Origin: Chrysomallon squamiferum
Lineage: Eukaryota > Animalia > Mollusca
Assembly (NCBI GenBank): GCA_012295275.1
Contig: CM022672.1
Coordinates: forward strand, 25,854,001 to 25,918,000
DNA length: 64,000 nt
Direction of reading: 5' to 3'
The notes below the pieces were generated by a model, which did no database searches, had not been told where the DNA came from, and saw nothing but the letters and a program-made list of their open reading frames with translations. Below are positions 39,871 to 52,755 of this stretch, in pieces. Both the position numbers and the translations under genes were made by a program. The first letter of the stretch is position 1. Each line of letters opens with the position of its first letter.

Positions 39871-42190
39871 CAACAACATCTATAATGAAAAGAAGAAAAA
39901 AACAGAAATTCCTCTGAGAAGAACTGAACCAAGAACACTGAGATTTGAAACTAATAGATTTAACATATTTAACATTATGACTAAATAATGAATAATGTAT
40001 ACAATTAATTGAAATTGTGAATGTGACCATGTAACAGGTACTTAATAAACAAACCACAGACCGCAAAGAGAATTAAAAATTAATAATTAATTACAGGTGC
40101 GAATGAACCAGCATGTGGTACATACTGATACATCAAGTAATGAGATCAAACATGAAACACAGACCACATTTTTGGGTGTGGTATGTTTGATTAGACTGTT
40201 TGTTTCAACACATAGGCCTACACAGTCATTTGTGGTATAAACAATGTTTTTTAAGGTAATATATATATATATATATATAATATACATATATATATTATTA
40301 TTATTATTATTTTGCTAGAGGAATGTTTTTAATGTAATACTTTTATAGATAATGTGTTTCGAAATAATACTGGTATAAACAATGTTTAAAGATAACATAT
40401 ATTTTTTTATAGACATATTTTAAAGTAATATCAGTTTAGTGTATGTGTTTGAAAATACTAGTAAAGGCAATGCGTTTTTATTCAATATTTTTATAATATA
40501 ATGCCAAAAGTATAAAAGAGGGCTATTGACAAAATGCAAAATATCTATTTCATAACCAGAATGTAGAATTCCTGAAAGTTAGAAGACAACAGAACATTTA
40601 CATGAGTCGGTATAACAAGAAAAACATTATAGGATTATTCTTCATGACTAGGCTTTAGTTATTTCCCAATCCAAACATTCTCTACTATTTATATGTAGGT
40701 AAAAGGTTGTGTCAAAGTTTACCCTTCTGCAATGAAGTCAGACAATTTGATTTATAATTTACTGTAGTTGTGAATATCTTTTTAGAATGTCATGTGATTT
40801 CTATGCAAAAGTTCTGTGTGTGTGTGTGTCTGTATACATACATGCATGAGTATATACTTTTATTTACATAAACTTCTATCTATGCCATTATCCATATCGA
40901 TACATAATGCATAAAGTTATTTATGCTGTATCAGCAAATTTTTAACAGTATTAATTTCAGCCATGAAAAAGTTTTGTGTTCTTCAAGACACTGACATACT
41001 CACATGTCACCGACTGGATTCACCACACAGTAAATTTCTGTACATGCTTTTAGAAGTGTTTTCTTGTTATGAGGTGTTCCAGTAAAAAGTAACATAACTG
41101 CCCGTATTAACCCAGTGTCAGACAGCTAACTGCAGTGCATGTTAAAGTGTTATAAATATCTTGTGTCAGACAGATAGGTCATGCTTTTTCTCTTTCAGAA
41201 GGAAATGTTTCAGTTTATTTTGTTCTTAAATGACACTTTCAACTTAATATAATGTAATTAATTATGTTTGTCATTTTATAAGAAATATAGTGAACAAAAA
41301 ATACAAAAAAATCATCCGAATTCAAAAATTCATCCAACTCTTATATTATTATTTTGAAATATTAATAATTATAATTTTCTAATATTAATAGAAGTATGTT
41401 GTGAGTGTATATATCTGAAGTGAATTATTTTTTTTCATTAGATTAGCTTTAATTCTGAAGAACTTTGTTGTATGGGTTGTATCTGTATGTGTGTCTATAT
41501 ATGTATGTATGAAAATGTATGTGTGTACATGTGTCTGTGTCTGTATGTATGTGTGTATCACCACATTTATATCACAGTGTACCTTACATTTTATCTAGAT
41601 ATAACAGTTAACATGATTATTATACATATGTGTATAATAAGCTCATATAACACATTATTAGACGTACACAAATACTTACATTGAGTGCCATTACGATCAT
41701 CACCACTTACATCAATGAATTAAACACTGTGAATTAAACACATTCTTTGCACTCACAGCCGGTATTCACTGCTCACTTTTATCTACACTGACAAACAACA
41801 CAGTGTCAAAAACAAGTCAACCAGAACTGAAACACCTCCTGTGTTTTCTGTTTTCTTTTCGTTTTGTTTTCCGCGAATCCACTGGAGTATATGAACTGAA
41901 AGATTTAAATTTTATTTATTTCTCTCTGTGTGTGTCCAGTGAATTAATCCAGAGAAAAGGCAACAAACAGCCGACCAGGGATAGGTATATACAGGTGCAT
42001 AACACTTTTAGTCCACAGTCTTTACTCACACAAACTCACTTTGTCTGTTAGTAATTTCCTTGCTCACCATGCAGTAATTTGCCTGGCAGCAGAAGACACA
42101 CTGTTATGATATATGAGTCTACATGAGAAAACCAGCTGTGCTCTTTAGTTAAGGGGGTGGGAGTTTAAGAAAACTGATTATATATTAACT

Positions 42191-42940
42191 ATAGTGACTG
42201 TACAGGTAAATGAGTATTAAATTAAAATGGTGACTGTACAGGTAAATGAGTATTAAATTAAAATGGTGACTGTACAGGTAAATGAATATTAAATTAAAAT
42301 GGTGACTGTACAGGTAAATGAGTATTAAATTAAAATAAATGAATATTGACTGTACAGGTAAATGAAAATGATATTAAATTAAAATAGTGACTGTACAGGT
42401 AAATGAGTATTAAATTAAAATGGTGACTGTACAGGTAAATGAGTATTAAATTAAAATGGTGACTGTACAGGTAAATGAGTATTAAATTAAAATGGTGACT
42501 GTACAGGTAAATGAGTATTAAATTAAAATGGTGACTGTACAGGTAAATGAATATTAAATTAAAATGGTGACTGTACAGGTAAATGAATATTAAATTAAAA
42601 TGGTGACTGTATAGGTAAATGAGTATTAAACAAAAATGGTGACTGTACAGGTAAATGAATATTAAATTAAAATGGTGACTGTACAGGTAATTAGTATTAA
42701 ATGAAAATTGTGGGGACTGTACATTAGGTAAAATGAAAATTGTGGCTGTACAGGTAACTAAGTATTAAACAAAAATTGGTCACTGTACAGGTAAATAGCA
42801 TTAAGTAAAAACAGTAACTGTACAGGTAAATAGTATTAAATGAAAATTATCCTGTACAGGTAACTAAATATTAAATTGAAATGGTGACTGTACAGGTAAA
42901 TAGGTAATAAATGAAAATGGTGACTGTACAGGTAAATAAA
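42191..42940. repeat. 36-bp minisatellite, about 20 copies
   Basis: Unit GGTGACTGTACAGGTAAATGAGTATTAAATTAAAAT, with GTGACTG at 42194 and 42230. Largely homogeneous to about 42690, then decays. Confidence 0.97.
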
Positions 42941-43122
42941 TATTTACATAAAAACAGAAAAATGACTTTACATGTAAATGACAGTAATGACAATTATGAT
43001 AAATAGGAGTTAACTAACTTAAAGAAAAATGTCAACAAAGTGTAATTAAGTAAATTAAAACAGAAAAATAAACTGTATTATTTACTCAACAAAAATAAAA
43101 TGATGACTGAACTACTAGTATC

Positions 43123-43161
<39 letters not shown>

Positions 43162-44310
43162 TCTATATATATATAAGTTGCTTAGCAGGGTCTTTTTTTT
43201 TAATTTTTATTTTTTTATCTTTTTTTTTGTCCAAGCTTGACCTTATCCAATTAGAGGAATAAAGGTGATAAGCGTGGACCTGAGGCAGGTCTGAGCAGAT
43301 GACAGCCTCTGACACTAATCTATTGTAGAGAAGTAATTTCCAATTAAAATCTGTCCTGACACGCACACACAGTCAGAGCTGGCTGGTGGCAGAGTGTGAC
43401 TAAATCAAGTAGCTCAGTTGTGACACACAACAAAGTGACTGTCACCTCAGAACTGTGAAGATGAACCAAGTGTGAATGACAAAAGCTTGAAAACTAACAA
43501 TACTGAGCAGTTTGTAAAAAAAAAAAAAAAAAAAAAAACACAAAACAAAATTCCAGCACTTTTGTGTGTGTAAATGATTGATCAGATGTCTGAAATAAAG
43601 TTAATAGCTGATTTATTGTTGTTGTTATTGTTATTGTTATATTTTGTTTTTATTTGATCAATTAATTAATTTATTTTATTATATTATTTTATTTTTTTAT
43701 ATTATTATTACTGTTATTATTATTATTATTATTATTAGTGTTTATTTGTTTTTTTGTTTTTTTTTCTTTTTTAATTTCCATCTTCTTTTCTTAATATATA
43801 AAGGATACTAGTAACTTGAGTTTTTCTATTATTTCTTTAAATAAAAAAAATAAAAAAGAATGAAAACCTTTCTCAGTATAAAAAAAAAAAATTAAAATTA
43901 AAAAAAAAATTAAAAAAATAAACCTTTAAAATATGTTAATAGCCAAATTTTCAAACATTATTTTATGGTCATTTATTATTTATTTTATTTTTTTAGTGAA
44001 TTATTAAATTTAAAAAAATGATTTTATTTTTCTTGAATGTTACTATCAATCATTTTAGAAATAAAATAACAGTGTGTTGAGATTGAATGGTTCAGTGAAC
44101 ACAGGTAAACAGAAAACAAGAATTACAGGTATCAGTTTTGCAGGTTTGAAGAGGTGGTAACTATGACAACAACAAAAAATAACAGTGTCATATTTGTTTA
44201 ACAGTGAAATATGTATGTATTCAAGTTTACATTGGTGTATGAGTGATTGTCAGTTCAGTTCCTGTCAAGCACCAAAAATAACTTTTTTAATAGTCAGTGT
44301 TAAATTATAT

Positions 44311-44316
<6 letters not shown>

Positions 44317-44374
<58 letters not shown>
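44317..44374. repeat. (GT)n microsatellite
   Basis: Directly visible. Similar (GT/CA)n tracts lie near 16731, 35857, 43127, 46900 and 55473. Confidence 0.97.
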
Positions 44375-44375
<1 letters not shown>

Positions 44376-45003
44376 TAAAATATGATCTTGGCTTTATTTA
44401 TCTTGTTAAAAAATCTTTTGATTTATATTTATTCTTCTAATTGCAAAAAAAAAAAAAAACATTCCTCAACTTCTGCTAAAGAAAGGCTACAAAATGTTTA
44501 TTCAGACTGAGTGAACAATTAATTGAAAAGAAATAAAGAAATACATATGTGTGTGTGTTTGTGTCTTTGTATGTGTGTGCATGTGTGTGTATATGTATCT
44601 CACTCATTCAGACTTGCATCTATACATTACTTAGATAAAATGATTGCACCTGATGAAAGTATTCACTATTTTTTATATACATGTAATTAGCTCATACAGG
44701 AAAAAATAAAAAATAACTAAATTAATTTACAATAATTGGCAACTTTTTTTTAAGTCTAAATGTTTGGAAACAAGGAATGCTTATTTAAAAAAATAAAATT
44801 GCATCTTGTAACTTAAAACTGGGAAAACAAACTTCAAAGTTAAGAAAACCTATCATGTTTCTCTTTGCATTTTTTCTTCTTGTTCATCTATTCGGATTTC
44901 TAAATTTGTAATTAATTAATTTTTTTTTTTTTTTTACTTTAATCAACAGAGTGGAAAAAACAGATATTAAAAAAAGAATTAATAAATTGTGAGGACTACT
45001 TGC

Positions 45004-45678
45004 CTGTGGTGGATGGAAGACTCCACTTTCAGGTGCAATGTTGGGTGGGGCTCTGTCCAGATCTTCGTAGATGTTTGTCAGCTGTTTGTCAGGGTCGAGG
45101 CCGTCGTTGCTATGACAACCGCGGAGATTTGAGATGCCGCCGTTGATGCTGGTCTTGAGCGCTGCGGGAGACCAGGTTTTCCTGCGACACTGGCTGGTGG
45201 AGGGGTAGTACAGGTAGCTGGAATGGCTGGCGTGGAAGTTCTCTCTGGCGGAATGCTCAGACGCACAGGACGAAGTGCTGTACGTCCGTCTGTACGGAGG
45301 CTGGGATGTCGGCTGGGACAGGTAGGAAGCTGAGGAGTGTGTGTGGTAGTAGTCTCCGTGTTGTGGAGTTGAATGCTGGGACAGGTGCGATACAGAATGT
45401 GTGGAGCCGATGGACATGCGGGACGATGCTGACGTTGGTGTTGAATGATATGACTGACTCGTGTGACCCTGTGACCCGGATTTGACTCTTGGTGGGATTA
45501 TGGAATAGTCAGCGTCGGCATCGTTGTCATGGATGGGGTCGAAGATGTAGCGAAGTTCGTGTGAGTACGTGGAGTAGTTGGACAGAGGACTGTACACCTC
45601 GTCCTGACTTGTCGTACTTCCTGCCTCATCGTCGTGGACAACACCCTCAGAACCAGCAGAGGAATTATGGCAAGCCAT
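45004..45678 (-). CDS. LZTS2: LZTS-family gene first coding exon, 225 aa, Ser/His-rich disordered N-terminus (exon starts at 45698)
   Basis: GC-rich coding-like ORF with acceptor ttttccttacag at 45699, an in-frame TGA upstream and aagATGG context. It ends PPNIAPESGVFHPPQ (family motif PPKL.PVSG.LE) at CAG|gcaagt, phase 0, matching the 22674 acceptor. The last 39 aa of the listed ORF are intronic low-complexity sequence. Confidence 0.85.
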
Positions 45679-46454
45679 CTTTATTCATTTCTTAATGACT
45701 GTAAGGAAAACAAAACAATAAAAGTTAATAAATAAATAAGTAATAAAAATACAAAGACAATAATAATAATAATAAAAACACCAATAATAATATTAATAAT
45801 GGTAACTATAATAACAGAACATTATTATCAAAACAACAAGTATTTGAAGCAAACAGTGATTATTCAGTCTGAGTAAGCAATTTGTGACGAGTGTTACTCA
45901 GTCTCAATAAACGTTTACAACAAATAACAGGGAATAGAAATTAACTTAAAAGAACCAGTCATCATTAGATGCTCTATTTTAACTTGTATCATATCTGTTA
46001 ATTATAATAAGTTGTCAGTATCTCTCAAACTGAAAAAAATATATGTACATATATAATTATAACAACTATAGCTTCCTATATCCACTGATACATCTGTACA
46101 AATATTAACACAATTATAGATGTAGCCCACATAATTATTAAACATATAAAGAAAGAGACCTATCATTACAGATACTTTTGAATAATAATAAGTACAAAAA
46201 TGGTGTGAAAATGAAATAAAACAAGGATTTCAAAAAAAAAAAAAAAAAAATAATAAATAAAAAAATAAAAATAACTTTAATGAAAATGTTTAAACTTGAG
46301 TCAGTATTTTCAGATTCTTTTAGCATACACCACCCATTAAACACCTGCTTCATAACATTCTCATTTGATCTGTTAATTTTCTTTTAACAGTGATTCAAAG
46401 CATGTTTAATTATTCAAAACTTGCAAAGCAGTATGAACATTCTATTGGCCTAAA

Positions 46455-46486
<32 letters not shown>

Positions 46487-46933
46487 ATAATAATAATAAT
46501 AATCTAAACATTACAGAGATTAACACTTTAAACTATCTCTTCACAAGAACCTATAAAATAATTTTTTCCCACAGAAAACAAAAACTGGAGAATCTGGTTG
46601 GAAGTAAGGTTCAGAAATCTGAGACACAGATTCCAGTCTTCAGACATGAAATGAAGACTTTAACAATGTTTTTTTAAACTTTAATTAATGTCATTTCCCA
46701 ACAGCATGTGCCGAGAGGTTTGGTCATGTTTAGCAGTTTGAATTATTACATGTAGAATGTAGAGAGTTAAGTAATTATATGTAGAATGTAGATAGTTAAT
46801 TTAAATTCAATTTAGACATAGCTTAAACACATATGCAAATAGTTTTGGTCATGATAAAAAGTTTAACTAATTACATATAGTATGTACATGGAGATATTAT
46901 GTGTGTGTGTGTGTGTGTGTGTGTGTGAGTGTG

Positions 46934-46995
<62 letters not shown>

Positions 46996-49339
46996 ATAAC
47001 ATATGGTCTGAACATGTAGATAACAGATATGCATTTTCTTAATGTAAGTCTGATTTGAAGATTGCATGTACAGATACAGTAGAGGTTTGATCATGACAAG
47101 ATGCTTACTTTGCATACACATAAAGTCTCTTTTCCAAATTAAGTCTAATTCAAGATATATCTGATGGGTGATATATCTGATGGGTGAAGTAAAAACATGG
47201 AGTCATGCAAGGCATAACAGAATGTTGTCTGATCATAATGAAATAAGAGAGACTGTAGACTCAGCTCTTAATGACATTCTCTTTGAGATAGGTATCATTA
47301 TGTTTAGCAACATACATATATATATATGAACAAAAATTCACCTTCCTGTAACATGAAAGGGACACAAACCAAACATGGAGCACTAGCTGGATTGTGAAAT
47401 ATCTCAATATGTTCCTTAGATGATAGATCCTGTTCGTATTAGACTTCAGTTCTGTTTTCTAACCATGAAAACTATATAGTCTGTTACTTACATTTATCTA
47501 GTGAGTAAGAACCAACATGTGTACAACATGTGTACAACATCTGACCCACACCCGAGGTCAAACTGTAGGTCTGATCACTACCAGGTCTTGACTTGGACTA
47601 GAAGCATCCGTCTTGAGCTGCAATCTCATAGTCACATTGTTCACATTACTGGACATGCTTATCTCTTTCCATCTTAATTAAAATATTCTGTTATCAGCTC
47701 AGAGTCGAACAGCTGGCTAATTAATAACTATTTGTGTAATTAATGTAACAGACTTTGACTTACAAGTAACAGATTTCACTTACACAGATTTCCTCTCTGG
47801 GTAAGTGGATTACAAGTTACTTGTCCACTGGTTGTATTGAAAGATGTGTCAGCAGACTCTGTGTTGTTGTGTTAAGATGACACCTGGCTGACTGCGGTTA
47901 ACAAAGTGGTTGTAGTAAGTAACAGACTGTTTTCAGTTGAAAATGTTTGTTACATGTATGTATGTATGTATGTATGTATGCATATGTGTATGTAATTTGT
48001 TTTACCTATTTGACATGTAACTTCAGTATAACTACTAACTAATATAAAAGTAAATAAATATATATCAACCCAACACATTTATTCTGATAATAGTTATTGT
48101 CTATAAACAATTCCTATTGGGAATAACTAACTACACAAGTAGATACACATACACTAAACACACCTTCACACTAACAAATATATATACAAACACACACACA
48201 CACACACACTGATATACATACACAGGTAAACACATAAACACACTGATATACACACACAGGTAAACACATAAACACACATATACACAGATAAACATAGTTG
48301 CACACACACACACACACACATGTCCACCCACACCCAGACACATCCATATAAACACAGACACAGACATTCATGAATATTCTAACAGCACCTTATTGTGCTG
48401 AAATGTTAAACTGCTCATTACAATAAAAATAAAAAACCCAGTGGTTCTAAGTATGAAAGGTTACACACAATGGAAAACAATTTGTAAACTCCTTCAAAAA
48501 TGTGTATTCGGTCTGGCTCAGACAACACTAAAGTATTTTTATTATTATTCACACGAAACCAACTGTGTGAAAAATTATATTCAGTTTATAAGCCTCATTA
48601 TAGTTTTCATGTCACACACTAAAATCACTTGAGTCTATGAACATTGTTGTAGCGATATCACTGTAATAAAGAAACATACTTTAATAATGAAGCAGGGGTC
48701 TATAATATTTAATATAATTGTATACAGAATTATGTACTGTATGAAAAACAGTTTCATTTTATGGACTGAAATTTACATTATCACTGTACACAATTTTGTA
48801 GTGAAAAAAAAGTTAAAATTCTTTAAATATTTTTTTGTGTCAGATAACAATTTTATACAATCAATGTGAAAATCAGTATTATTTTGATCACAACTATCAA
48901 TCATCGGTAAACATTTTTTAAAATCTGTATGTTTAAAAAAATAAACAAATGTTTGTAGGTGTATTACTAGAACATTTGATCAGTTCATTATTAATCGGTT
49001 ATTTTTAGTAATTTGGTAAGTTTTAGGAGTAAACTAGATGCATTTCCTTTTTCAAATCAGGTGAGCAATTATATGAATTTGCTGTTTCTGTATACACAGA
49101 ATTATAGTGTGTCATGGAGCATTGGTTATAATAAGTATAAACTGAAGTCCATTGGGAAGATATACATTTATATTCATAAATAACAGACTACATCTCATAC
49201 TGTCAGGTAATATGTACACATGTGTTTTTATGTGCCTATAAACATGTATTATTAATAGTTATAGCCAGGGGTATCACAACATCTGGTGTATTCTCAATAC
49301 AGTGATGAAGTTCTCACTTTGTCTAATTAAAATTCAGTT

Positions 49340-49656
49340 GGGCGTGTACATACAAGGACAAACCCAGAGTGACCACTAGGGTGATGGACAGAATCCCTGC
49401 CAGAAAAAAAAAAACCATTGACAGAACCCCACAGAAAGACAAAACTTGTTTAAAAATGAGACAATGGACAAAACCTCTGAGTTTTAAAAATATTTTTTCT
49501 GTTTTTAGTTTGGAACAAAATTTTGTAGTCCTTAGACCAGTTCATTACCCAGAAAAATGCCCGGAATCATAAATCTATGTACCAATGTTTAAATACTGTC
49601 TTTTAATTTCACTTAAAAATAACATTAACTTTTGATCTAACCCATTACTGTAAAAG

Positions 49657-49695
<39 letters not shown>

Positions 49696-49862
49696 TATGT
49701 TAAATATTTTATGCAAAGAAAAATAGATGGAAAAAAAAAAGTTGTATGGTTATTGCTTAGTGTCACATTGGAAAACAAAGGTTTATTTCCAGCAAGGTTT
49801 TCTTTATATTTCTGACAGGGGTTTTGTCCTGCTGGGGCCTGGCCTTCCCTAAACCAGCCCTG
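49340..49862. mobile_element. Probable degenerate non-autonomous DNA transposon remnant
   Basis: Several GGACA(A/G)AA(C/T)CCC-like units at 49356-49480 and an inverted copy GGGGTTTTGTCC near 49818, ending in CCAGCCCTG. No clear TSD. Confidence 0.35.
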
Positions 49863-50321
49863 TAATGTTTAATTTGAATATCAAAAACATAAAGAGATGT
49901 CAGACAATTTGATAGAACAGAATCTATATCTGTATTTATAATAGACATATTAAATTAATCATTTTAAACATGAATTAAAGAAGAAGAATTAATTACATAA
50001 CTGTTAAATCAGTATTAAATGGATATTTTTGCATAAATATTATAAAACTTATCTTCAGTTTCCACCACTTCAGTCATTAGTTAAAATTATAAAACAAGCA
50101 TAGGAGAGCTTAATGACAAATGACAGGTAAACTGATTACAGGTACGTTGATTAAACCTAATTAGGACAATATTTATTAAGTAAATGTTTGTGTTGAGTAA
50201 TTATGATAAATAATACACATCTGTCATTATTTATTTGACGTAAAATATGAACGTTGAAAGCAAATGAGAGATTTGTTGACCATTTATCATTAATTTCAAA
50301 ACATCAAAAGATCAGAAATAC

Positions 50322-50357
<36 letters not shown>

Positions 50358-51649
50358 AAATATAAGACAGATTTTGCCATTAAAAACAACAAAATCATGT
50401 CAAAAATCATTATTATTATTATGATTATTATTTATAATGATACTAATGAATAATAATTAAAATGATGATACTAACAATAATAATAAAATAGTAATAATAT
50501 ATATATATATATAAAAATTTTTACTTGTCTATCCAGTATGTAAATCCACAAATTGACGTATCAGATATGAAAATCCATAAATTAAAATATAAAGCCTCAG
50601 AAAATACCTTTACTCAGATTCCAGCTTATCTGATCAGGAAAGCTAGCTACAAGAATAAGCAGTTGTTTTTGTTTTAAGAGTTTTTTCTATTTCACCTCAG
50701 AACTGTCCACCATGTTTGACACAACGTGACCTTTGTCCTCAGTGTGTCTGCTAAAAGACTTCATTGTTTCTGATTACCTGTTTTTACCTGTTTAATTAAA
50801 CAATGGACAGTGTGGTCGATGCAGCAGTCAATTGTGCACTGTACACAGTTTAATGATTATTTTTTTTCTCTCTCCTTATCTCAGCTTTCTCTCTCTTCTG
50901 TCACATAAAAATTCAACATCAGTGAAAATATTGCGTGTAAAAGATTCCAGCACACACAGAGAACTTATACAGAGATAGATTACAGAGCATGCACTGTTGT
51001 TGAGCAAAGTGGCAGTCCTCCTGTTCACAGTGCATGGTGAAAAAAAAAAAAAATATATATAGCAATTACCTGTATGTGAGTTTCTATGTACAGAAAGCAA
51101 TAAAGCTTGGATTATAAATGTGTCATCTGAATAAGAGATTTTTTTTTATTCACACAATAACCATGGTAATCCAATTAGCAGTGACTGACTGAAATTCAAG
51201 CTTGGGTGATGTTTAAAGACAATTAATTACTGTTGGATTGAACTGACAACTTCAACAGCCATTAACATACTTTAATACTGTGAGTTTAGATTTAAGTGTT
51301 TCATCTATTATACATACATACATACATACATACATACATACACATATGTAATTTTTATGAGTGTATGTGTGTGTGATTACAAGAAAATAATTACTTTTTT
51401 AGAAATTAAATTAAATTTTAAAATAGAACCAATAAAAAAGGAATCATTATATATCATGTTTTAAACAAAAAAAAAAAAAAAAAAAAATAATAATGAATGT
51501 CTATTTATTGAAATTTAAAGCATTTTTTCATTTTAAATGATTAATATTAGCTACAAATGTTATTTTTGTAATAACTATATTGCTACATATTCAGTAACAT
51601 TAACACTATTACTGCCATCAAACCATTAATTTTTAGACTGGTATATTAT

Positions 51650-51875
51650 GGGATCCAAATCCTACTACATGACCCTATTTGACCTTTTGGTGATCCTATT
51701 TGACCTATTGATGATCTTAGTACAAGATCCTATCTGATCTACTGATGATCCTAGAACACAATCCTATTTAACCTAGTGTGATCCTAGTACGTGATCCTAT
51801 TTGACCTATTGATGATCCTAAAACACAATCCTATTTAACCTTCTGTGATCCTAGTACATGATCCTATTTGACCTG
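51650..51875. repeat. Compound GATCCTA-based tandem repeat
   Basis: Many TGATCCTATTTGACCT / TGATCCTAG units with a higher-order duplication of about 67 bp. Confidence 0.85.
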
Positions 51876-52713
51876 TTGTTGATCTGATACTTGTTCCTTG
51901 CACATTAATTTGCTCCTACTGGGAATCCTATCATCTGCTCCTAATTTGACACAGGGACTTAATCTATTGGGAGTAAAAATGTCAGTAACCCTGACTTTCC
52001 TTTGCAACTTATTTTTTTGTTTGCCCATACTTCCTAACACGATTATGTCAAAATCTTTCCCAGCCCAACGACTCAAAAAGCACAATGATTTGCCTTCCAA
52101 CCCTTTCATCCAAATATCAAAGTTCACATATTATATAAAACATTATAAATTCATCACGGTAATATCTACAACAAGTGTCTGTGACATTAAAAAACTCTCT
52201 TTATAACTTAACTTTTATCTTTGAAACCATCACAGAAATGTGCATTGCTGCATTAAGAGAGAAACTGACCTTGCTGGTGACCTGTCACGCATGACTGAGT
52301 GTCTTAAACCATATGTGATCTGTACATTAAGTCATATTACACAGTTCTCACAGAAAACTTTCAGGTCAACAGAAGCAGGTCAAAGAGTCTATGACAGCCA
52401 TTGTTCCCACGATGCACACAAATGTTTCACATCAGAACAGAAATTTCTTCAGTGTCAGCTCGTGTCTTGTGATCTCTTACAAAGATCTCCCACTCTCCTC
52501 TTTCACATGCTTGTGTTGACATGTAAAACTATAAAATGTAGTCTCAAGATAATTATACATTACATTATATATTTGTTACAATACATGCTCTTTTATAAAG
52601 ACACATGTAATTTTGTTTAAAATATAAATGGAAGAATTTCAAAGATTTAAAAGTACATTTAACAACTATTATTTGGTGTCAAGGACAAAGTTTTCATTGC
52701 ATGTATATTGCAT

Positions 52714-52755
52714 CAGTGATTCTCAACCTGGGAAGTAGTGCCTCCTTGTGGCACA
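52714..52755 (+). mobile_element. Solitary hAT-Charlie-like terminus fragment
   Basis: CAGTGATTCTCAACCTG resembles the Charlie TIR consensus CAGTGGTTCTCAACC. I found no partner end. Confidence 0.35.

Larger units (their letters stand above)
22675..45003 (-). other. Predicted 22.3 kb GC-AG intron of the LZTS gene
   Basis: Donor CAG|GCAAGT and acceptor TTTTCTAG|. The phases agree and the join restores a contiguous family motif. Confidence 0.75.

Noticed and set aside
42062-42070. ATG|GTGAGC as a Met-only alternative first exon of LZTS
   Set aside because: It is phase-compatible, but such a donor is expected by chance in 22 kb and has no promoter evidence.
42191-42940. 36-bp repeat array as a CRISPR array (also the 47-bp and 29-bp arrays)
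   Set aside because: Units are directly abutted with no unique spacers, there are no cas genes, and the context is a eukaryotic intron.
44884-45003. C-terminal hydrophobic/poly-K tail of the 264-aa ORF as a membrane anchor
   Set aside because: It lies past the predicted donor in AT-rich sequence with a homopolymer run, and would be translated only if the intron is retained.
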